Shown here: positions 57,957 to 64,000 of the stretch, piece by piece
Layout of the letters: the number at the start of each line of letters is the position of its first letter
Numbering within the stretch: position 1 is the first letter of the stretch
Translations under genes and position numbers: made by a program
Source: an uncultured Chloroflexia bacterium
Lineage (GTDB): Bacteria; Chloroflexota; Limnocylindria; Limnocylindrales; CSP1-4
Assembly (NCBI GenBank): GCA_963835845.1
Contig: CAWIGT010000006.1
Location: 342,123-406,122, forward strand
Direction: 5' to 3'
DNA: 64,000 bases
The notes under the pieces: generated by a model
The model's database searches: none
Told to the model about the DNA's origin: nothing
Seen by the model: the letters and a program-made list of their open reading frames with translations, nothing else

Positions 57957-59657
57957 ATGGAAATCCACTTCCTCGGCGCTGCCAACACCGTCACCGGCTC
58001 CCAATTCCTCCTCATCACCGATCGAGCCCGGGTGCTGATCGACTGCGGGATGTTCCAGGGTGGCCCGCACGAGGTGGTCCGCAACCGAGTTCCCCTGGCG
58101 TACGATCCGGCCACGCTGGATGCGATTGTCCTGACGCACGCTCATCTCGATCACTGCGGCCTGATTCCGCACATCGTGGCCCAGGGCTTCAGCGGCCCCA
58201 TCTACGCGACCCGCGGCACGATCGAACTGGCCGCACTGGTCCTTCTGGACTCGGGCAAGCTCCAGGAGGAATACGCCAAACGGCACCGTCACTGGGCGGC
58301 CAAGAACCCGGACAAGGCCGCGAGTGAGGATAGGCGCGACGAAGCCGAGATCGAGGCCCAGGAGAAGATCGCCGAGCAGCAGGACGACGCCCCGCCGGTC
58401 GACGCGATTACCGGCGTGCCGGTGGCCGCTCACGTCGGAGACCTGACGCCAGACGGCCACGTGATCGCGTCCGGCGTTGACGAACTGGCGCTACGCGACG
58501 AACAGGGCCTGGGAACGCGCCTGGGTTATCCGCCCTACGGCCACCCGAACCATGGTCCGGCGATGGCCGGGGCTCCGCCCCGTCCCATGCTGGTCATGGA
58601 AGACCCCGTCTACGATCAGGCTCAGGCCCAGGATTCTCTGACCCACTTCCGGGCCACGGACTACGACAAGCCGCTCGAAGTGGCGCCGGGCATCACGGCT
58701 ACCTTCCATGATGCCGGCCACATCCTGGGCTCGGCGATCGTGGAGCTGCACGTGGAAGCCCAGAAAGACACGCCGGCCCGAACGCTGGTCTTCTCCGGCG
58801 ACCTCGGCCGTGTCGGCGCGCCGATTCTGCGCGATCCGACGGTGATGTCGACCGCGGACTACGTTTTCATCGAGTCGACCTACGGCGGCCGCCAGCACGA
58901 GCCCGAAGAAGAGTCGCTGTCCCAGCTCGAGCAGGCGGTCAAGGACATCGACGCCCAGAAGGGCGTGCTGCTCATCCCCTCGTTCGCGATCGGGCGTACT
59001 CAGGAAGTGGTCTGGGCACTGCTCCACCTTGTGGACGCCGGCAGGATCCCCAACCTGAAGCTGTTCCTGGACTCGCCCATGGCGTCCAAGGCTTCGACGA
59101 TCTATCGCGAGCACGTCGACTACTACGATGCCGACGCTCTGGCGCTGCTCAAGAAGGGCGAAGGCCCGATGGACTATCCGGACGCGAAGGAGACTCCGCT
59201 GGCCGCTCAGTCGGAAGCCATCGAGCGGGCCAGACGGCCGTACGTAGTCGTCGCCTCCAACGGCATGCTCACCGGCGGACGCGTACTGAATCACCTGCGG
59301 AATCTCGTCGGCGACACGAAAGCCATGATCCTGTTCGTGGGCTATCAGGGCGAGGCTACGCTGGGAGCCCATCTCCAGAGCGGCGTCAAGGTCGCCCGCA
59401 TCGACGGCCAGGAGTTCACCGTTCGGTGCGCGGTCCGGTCGATCAGCGGTTTCTCGGCCCACGCCGACGAGCCCGGCCTGCTGTCGTGGCTGGGCAACTT
59501 CATTGCAGGCCGCAAGCCCGGCGATGCAGGCGTGCCGAGGCGCGTCTTCATCGTCCACGGCGATCCGGATGCCCAGGACGCGCTGGCACCCAAGATCGAA
59601 GCCCTCGGCCTCCCGACGATGGCCCCGCACTGGCACCAGGCCGTCGTCCTCGACTGA
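57957..59657 (+). CDS. beta-CASP family MBL-fold ribonuclease
   Basis: ATG verified at 57957. HAHLDHCG metallo-beta-lactamase motif, beta-CASP motifs (ESTYGG, IPSFAIGRTQE). Acidic ~120-aa insertion after the MBL core. Confidence 0.7.
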   Translation: MEIHFLGAANTVTGSQFLLITDRARVLIDCGMFQGGPHEVVRNRVPLAYDPATLDAIVLTHAHLDHCGLIPHIVAQGFSGPIYATRGTIELAALVLLDSGKLQEEYAKRHRHWAAKNPDKAASEDRRDEAEIEAQEKIAEQQDDAPPVDAITGVPVAAHVGDLTPDGHVIASGVDELALRDEQGLGTRLGYPPYGHPNHGPAMAGAPPRPMLVMEDPVYDQAQAQDSLTHFRATDYDKPLEVAPGITATFHDAGHILGSAIVELHVEAQKDTPARTLVFSGDLGRVGAPILRDPTVMSTADYVFIESTYGGRQHEPEEESLSQLEQAVKDIDAQKGVLLIPSFAIGRTQEVVWALLHLVDAGRIPNLKLFLDSPMASKASTIYREHVDYYDADALALLKKGEGPMDYPDAKETPLAAQSEAIERARRPYVVVASNGMLTGGRVLNHLRNLVGDTKAMILFVGYQGEATLGAHLQSGVKVARIDGQEFTVRCAVRSISGFSAHADEPGLLSWLGNFIAGRKPGDAGVPRRVFIVHGDPDAQDALAPKIEALGLPTMAPHWHQAVVLD

Positions 59658-59666
59658 GCGTCGACC

Positions 59667-60188
59667 GTGGCCGCGATCAGACACGCTCAACCCACGGGGC
59701 GGTCGATCCGCCCGATCCGGGACGACGAGCGCGATGAGTTAGCCGGCGTCGTCCGACATAGCTGGGGCTCGGTCATGGTCGCGAGCCGCGGCCGGCTTCA
59801 TTGCGCAGCCGAGCTGGCGTGCCTCCTCGCGATCCGGGGTGAGCGCTGGGTCGGCCTGGCCGCCTACCGGCTGGCCGGCGACGAGTGCCAGCTCGTCCTG
59901 CTCGAGGCCTTCGAGCGTGGCCGAGGGGTCGGCAACGCGCTCCTCGCGGCAACCGCCGACGTAGCTCGCCTGGCCGGCTGCCGGCGGCTGTGGCTGGTCA
60001 CGACCAACGACAACCTCCACGCCCAGCGTTTCTACGAGCGCCGCGGCTTGCGCCTGGTCCACGTCTGGACCGACGCGGTCACGGAATCAAGACGGAGTCT
60101 GAAGCCGGAGATACCACTGATCGGCGACAACGGCATCCCGATCCGCGATGAACTGGAATTCGAGCTGATCTTGCCCATCTCGGAGTAG
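59667..60188 (+). CDS. GNAT-family N-acetyltransferase
   Basis: ERGRGVGNALLAATADVARLAGCRRLWLVT...NLHAQRFYERRGL acetyl-CoA-binding pattern. Confidence 0.6.
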   Translation: MAAIRHAQPTGRSIRPIRDDERDELAGVVRHSWGSVMVASRGRLHCAAELACLLAIRGERWVGLAAYRLAGDECQLVLLEAFERGRGVGNALLAATADVARLAGCRRLWLVTTNDNLHAQRFYERRGLRLVHVWTDAVTESRRSLKPEIPLIGDNGIPIRDELEFELILPISE

Positions 60189-60199
60189 GCGACCGCGAA

Positions 60200-60625
60200 T
60201 CAGTCGAGGCCGCCGCGGAAGAACGTCTCGCGTTCTCGGATGCGGCCGATCCCAACGTGGCGGCCGTCCACGTCCTCGACGACGAACTCGTATGAGCCGT
60301 ACGTGGTCGACTCGGGCGGGTGGACGATGCGGGCACCTGCAGCCGACAGCTCGGCGAACAGCTCGTCCACTCCTTCGACCGTGTCCGGGTCCAGGTAGAC
60401 GTCGTATCCGGCGCCGTGCCGGATCCTGTTCGGCACGAACTCGCCGCGCTTCGCCTCCACCAGCACAAGCTCGACTCTGTCCCGATACAACGCCGCGAAC
60501 GGCTCCGGGGCGTCCAGATGCTCCACCACGCGGAAGCCGAAGATGTCGCGGTAGTAGGCCGCCGTCCTTCGCACGTCCGGCGAGACCAGGATCACCGGAG
60601 CGTTGTCGAGCCTGGCGCCGTCCAT
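60200..60625 (-). CDS. VOC (glyoxalase/bleomycin-resistance) family protein
   Basis: 141 aa from the ATG at 60623-60625. Paired beta-alpha-beta-beta-beta modules (ILVSPDVRRTAAYYRDIFGF). Confidence 0.6.
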   Translation of the reverse strand: MDGARLDNAPVILVSPDVRRTAAYYRDIFGFRVVEHLDAPEPFAALYRDRVELVLVEAKRGEFVPNRIRHGAGYDVYLDPDTVEGVDELFAELSAAGARIVHPPESTTYGSYEFVVEDVDGRHVGIGRIRERETFFRGGLD

Positions 60626-60630
60626 CGCCG

Positions 60631-61290
60631 CTACCCAGCCGCGGCGGCGCCGGTGCTCCCCGGCGCATGCAATGGGATCCCGGCGGCGCAGGCCGGGCAG
60701 GACTCGGGGCCCGGATCGTAGGTCGGCAGCTGGAGCTGCCATAGCGCGCTGAGCGGGTAGATCCGCCCGGTCCCGGCGAGAGTCGAGCGTGGCCAGGCCG
60801 CCGGATCGATCGGCCAGTACGGCGCAGGCGACGATCTCGCCGCCGAACGCCTCGACCGCCGGGCAGCATCGCCAGCAGCGAGCCGCCCGTGGTCAGGATG
60901 TCGTCGACCAGCAGCGACCCGCTCGCCCCGGCGCGATCGTGAAGCCACGCCGGAACTCGCGCCGCGTCGTTCCGTCCGCGGCCGTGACCTCCTCGGCGAA
61001 GATGCTCCGCACGCCGAGCTGGCGGGCCGTCTCGAAGGCGAGGACGACGCCGCCCGTCGTCGGGCCGGCCACAAGGTCGACCGCCGGCGTCGCCGTCGGC
61101 GTCTCGATGGCCTCGCCGCCCAGAAGCCGCAGAGCTCGCTCGTCGCGGCCGGGTCCTGCAGGACCAGGAACTTCTCGAGATACCGCTCGGAGTGCCTGCC
61201 GCTCTTCAGCAGGAAGTGGCCGTCCCTCAGCGCCCCGGATCGCCGGAACAGTTCCTCCGTGCGGGCCGCGATGCGCCCGAGCGGCGGCAA
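60631..61290 (-). pseudogene. pyrE: orotate phosphoribosyltransferase with frameshifts
   Basis: MPPLGRIAARTEELFRRSGALRDGHFLLKSGRHS... then the PRPP motif VLLVDDILTTGGSL in another frame. An extra C in gctgcccggcg. Confidence 0.7.
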
Positions 61291-61295
61291 GCCTG

Positions 61296-62400
61296 GCTTC
61301 CGATCGAGGCGTCGTCATGCGAGCCTCCAGCCGAGTCGACGGCGTTGCGGACTGCCGTGCGGTCACGGCCGGTACTCCGCGCCTTTGGCCGACGGCGCCC
61401 CGGTGCGCTTCGGCAGGGCAGTCCCGATGAGCGGCCGGTAGGAGTCCAGGCCGCGGCGCACGGCATTCGGCCCGCAGCTCGTCGACCAGGCGGACCGGCA
61501 GCTCCGGGTCGGCGAAGATCGCCGTGCCGACCTGGACCGCGACCGCGCCGCGGCCAGGAAGTCGAGCACGTCGTCCAGATTCGGTGACGCCGCCGATGGC
61601 CACGATCGGGATCGAGACGACCTGCGCGACTTCGTAGACGATCCGCAGCGCGACGGGCTTGATCGCCGGCCCGGACAGCCCGCCGTAGATGTTGCCCAGG
61701 AACGGCCCGCGTCCGATCCGGCGACGACCGCGATCCCCGACAGCGTGTTGATCGCGCAGATCGCGTCGGCGCCGGCCGTCCTCGATCGCCCGGGCGATCG
61801 GCCGGACGTCCGCCACGTTCGGGCGAGAGCTTGACCAGCAGCGGCAGCTCCGTGGCACGGCGAACGGCTGCGGTCACGGCCCGGGCGGCGTCGCGGTCGA
61901 TCGCGAACTGCAGCCCGCCCTTGCCGACGTTCGGGCAGCTGATGTTCAGCTCGATGCCGGCCACGCCGGGCACGCCGTCCAGCCGGCGGGCGACCTCGAC
62001 GTAGTCCTCGATCGACTCGCCGGCCACGTTGACGATGACCGGCACCTGCCAGTCCTGCCAGATCGGGCCGTACTTCTCGATGACCGCGTCGACGCCGGGG
62101 TTCTGCAGGCCGATCGAATTGAGCATCCCGCCCGGCGTCTCGGTCACGCGCGGGGGCGGATTGCCGGCCCGCGGCTTCAGCGTCGTTCCCTTGCAGCAGA
62201 TCGCGCCGAGGCGCTGGACGTCGACGACCTCGCCGTATTCGATGCCGTAGCCGAACGTGCCCGAGGCGACGAGGATGGGATTCGCAGCGGCAGCCACGTT
62301 CCGGTGCGAGATCGACCGACAGGTCGATGCGATCGAGCGCGGCGCGTTCCGCCAGCGTGGGACGAGCGGCGGTCGGAGCACCGAGGTCGGCCACGGCCGA
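61296..62400 (-). pseudogene. pyrD: dihydroorotate dehydrogenase catalytic subunit (class 1B) with multiple frameshifts
   Basis: NPILVASGTFGYGIEYGE, GMLNSIGLQNPG, IELNISCPNV, ADAICAINT and FLGNIYGGLSGPAIKPVAL blocks spread over three frames. Boundaries are approximate. Confidence 0.65.
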
Positions 62401-63432
62401 GGAACCGGCCTCGACCCGAGGTCGGCTCGCCGGCACCTTGAAGCGGTCGACCGGCTCGATCGCGCCCTTTGACTTTCGGACCGTCGGCGTTCGCTTGGAC
62501 CTGTCGGCGTCCACGCCGAGACGCATGTCGCCAAAATGGATGATTCGTCGCTTCGGCGTCATCGGGTCGCGCTCAACGACGGCCGGCCAGTCGATCTCGT
62601 CGGCCGCGAACACCGGACCCTCGCGACACACGCGCAGCGGTCCCTCGACGCCCATGACCACGCAGCCCAGGCATGCCCCGACCGCGCAGCCCATCGTCTG
62701 CTCCATCGAAACCTGCAGAAACGCCTTGCGGCGAGCCGCGGTCGAGCCGACGTGGATCGGTCTTGCCGCCGCCACGCTTGCGCGCCGAGCGTGGCGACGC
62801 CGAGCCGCTCGCGCCGACCGGCCGCCAGCTGCGCCAGCCGCGGCCAGCATCGGATGCGGACCGCAGGCGAAGGCCTGGTCGGCCCAGGCCTCGTACTGCG
62901 GGACCAGTTCCGTCACGAAGCCGTGATGGCCCAGCGAGCCGTCGTCGGTGGCCACGACGTACTCGACCTCGTCCGGCAGGAGGCTCGACGGGTAGACCTG
63001 GCGGCGCTCGGCGCCCCGAACAGGAGCGTGACCTGGCGGCCGTCGCGGATCGCCTCGTCGGCGAGCATCCGGACCCCGGCCATGCCGAGGCCGCCGGCGA
63101 CGAGCAGCAGGTGCCGGCTTCGCGGGTCGACCTCGAACGGCTCGCCCGAGCGGACCGAGCATGTCGAGCCGCTCGCCCGCTCGAGTGCGGGTCAGCCACT
63201 CCGTCCCGCGGCCGACCGTCCGGAAGTGGAGCGTGATGATGCCGCGTGGCCGGATCGCGGTGTTGATCGAGAAAGGCCGCCGCAGAACCAGTCCGGAGTA
63301 GTCGCCCGTCCGGACGTGGACGAACTGGCCGGCACGGCACCCGGTGGCGAGCTCCGGAGCGTGGAATGACTGGAGCCATTGGCCCGGCAGGATCTGCCGG
63401 CTGTCGACCAGTTCAGCCGCGACCAGGCGCAT
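62400..63432 (-). pseudogene. pyrK: dihydroorotate dehydrogenase electron-transfer subunit (PyrK-like, FAD/[2Fe-2S]) with multiple frameshifts
   Basis: ATG at 63430-63432 (MRLVAAELV). RPFSINTA FAD motif and C-terminal Cys cluster (CAVGACLGCV) in different frames. Boundaries are approximate. Confidence 0.6.
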
Positions 63433-63434
63433 CG

Positions 63435-64000
63435 TCACCGGCGGTCGTCGCCCTCCTCGCCTGCAGCGTCGTCCTCCCTCGGCTTCGTCCTCGTCGGGCC
63501 CTCCTCGTCGCCGTGGCCGGCGTCGCCGGTTCCGCCGATGCTCGGGAAAGCCTCGCCAGGGTGTCGGCCAGATCGCCGAAGACGTCCGTCGGGTCGTAGA
63601 ACTCGACGATCTCGTCCGGGCGCGTCGAGCTTCTTCCAGATCACCTCGCTTCCGCATCGGCCTCGGGCACAACCTCGGCCGTGAAGTGCCGGAGGCTCGC
63701 AGGGTCAGTCGCTCGTCGTCGTCGTCGATGATGATCAGGTCGCCCAGGACGGCAGTGATCTGGCAGGCCGCCGACTCGAACTGCTCGATCAGGTGCGCCT
63801 CGGTCTGCTGGCTGCGTTCCTGGAAGGCGAGGGCCAGGTCGTAGAGCCGCTCGGCGGCTTCTTCCTCGCTCAGGCGGCTCTTGTCCGCGTGGCCTGGCGG
63901 CGGCCCAGTCGTCGGCGGCGGCGGCGTACGGGATCTGGGCGCCCAGCGCGACGGCCGTCTCGTCGGGCGCGATGCCGGCCGACTTCAGCAGCTCGTCGGC
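63435..64000 (-). pseudogene. 3' part of an acidic hypothetical protein, frameshifted (continues beyond the window)
   Basis: Protein-like segments (EQFESAACQITAVLGDLIIIDDDDERLT, EIVEFYDPTDVFGDLADTLA, acidic tail EEGDDRR) lie in three frames. Its stop overlaps the pyrK start. Confidence 0.3.

Noticed and set aside
1-64000. tRNA/rRNA/ncRNA genes, riboswitches and IS elements
   Set aside because: Intergenic regions are short. I found no T-loop-like GTTCGA(A/G)TC motifs, no rRNA-like stretches, and no transposase or integrase ORFs. A covariance-model scan (tRNAscan-SE, Infernal) would be needed to exclude small ncRNAs formally.

Overview
This is a 64 kb high-GC (about 70%) bacterial chromosomal segment with GGAGG-type ribosome-binding sites and frequent ATGA/TGATG stop-start overlaps. 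The gene content points to an Actinobacteria- or Chloroflexi-like organism: nickel superoxide dismutase, F420-type LLM oxidoreductase, GH57 alpha-glucan enzymes and a class 1B dihydroorotate dehydrogenase. I found about 60 protein-coding genes and no rRNA, tRNA, CRISPR array, transposase or integrase.

From start to end the window holds:
- an aldo-keto reductase fragment, rhamnulokinase and a class II aldolase;
- trxB tightly coupled to a TauE/SafE-type exporter;
- an OmpR/histidine-kinase two-component pair and uppP;
- an ECF sigma/anti-sigma pair preceded by a TQ-repeat protein;
- a Fur-family regulator co-operonic with a putative Ni/Co permease, divergent from trxA, with related palindromic operators;
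- a PilZ c-di-GMP receptor, a membrane esterase and an MprF-like DUF2156 protein in one minus-strand block;
- dCMP deaminase, then nadB-nadC-nadA;
- an alpha-glucan locus: glgA, an alpha-glucan phosphorylase, two GH57 enzymes and a 1199-aa GH13 giant;
- tmk;
- YciI/DGPF plus an ECF42-like sigma factor, then DUF885;
- a fused homocysteine methyltransferase/MTHFR, then DUF2207;
- a NOX-like ferric reductase plus a secreted FMN-binding protein carrying an ApbE flavinylation motif;
- Ni-SOD sodN with its maturation protease sodX;
- an LLM oxidoreductase, a GNAT-Rieske fusion, a LOG-family gene, ArsC/Spx-like and ACT-domain proteins, and xthA;
- two paralogous LysM membrane proteins, a BNR-repeat lipoprotein and a beta-CASP nuclease;
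- a pyrK-pyrD-pyrE operon.

Several genes (alpha-glucan phosphorylase, GH57-A, LOG, pyrE, pyrD, pyrK) carry clustered single-base indels, mostly extra bases in G/C runs. This looks more like local assembly error than pseudogenes, but raw reads are needed to decide.

The most interesting candidates for follow-up are the ferric-reductase/flavinylated-FMN module, the MprF-like/esterase/PilZ block, the Nur-like nickel regulon link, the giant GH13 enzyme and the GNAT-Rieske fusion.
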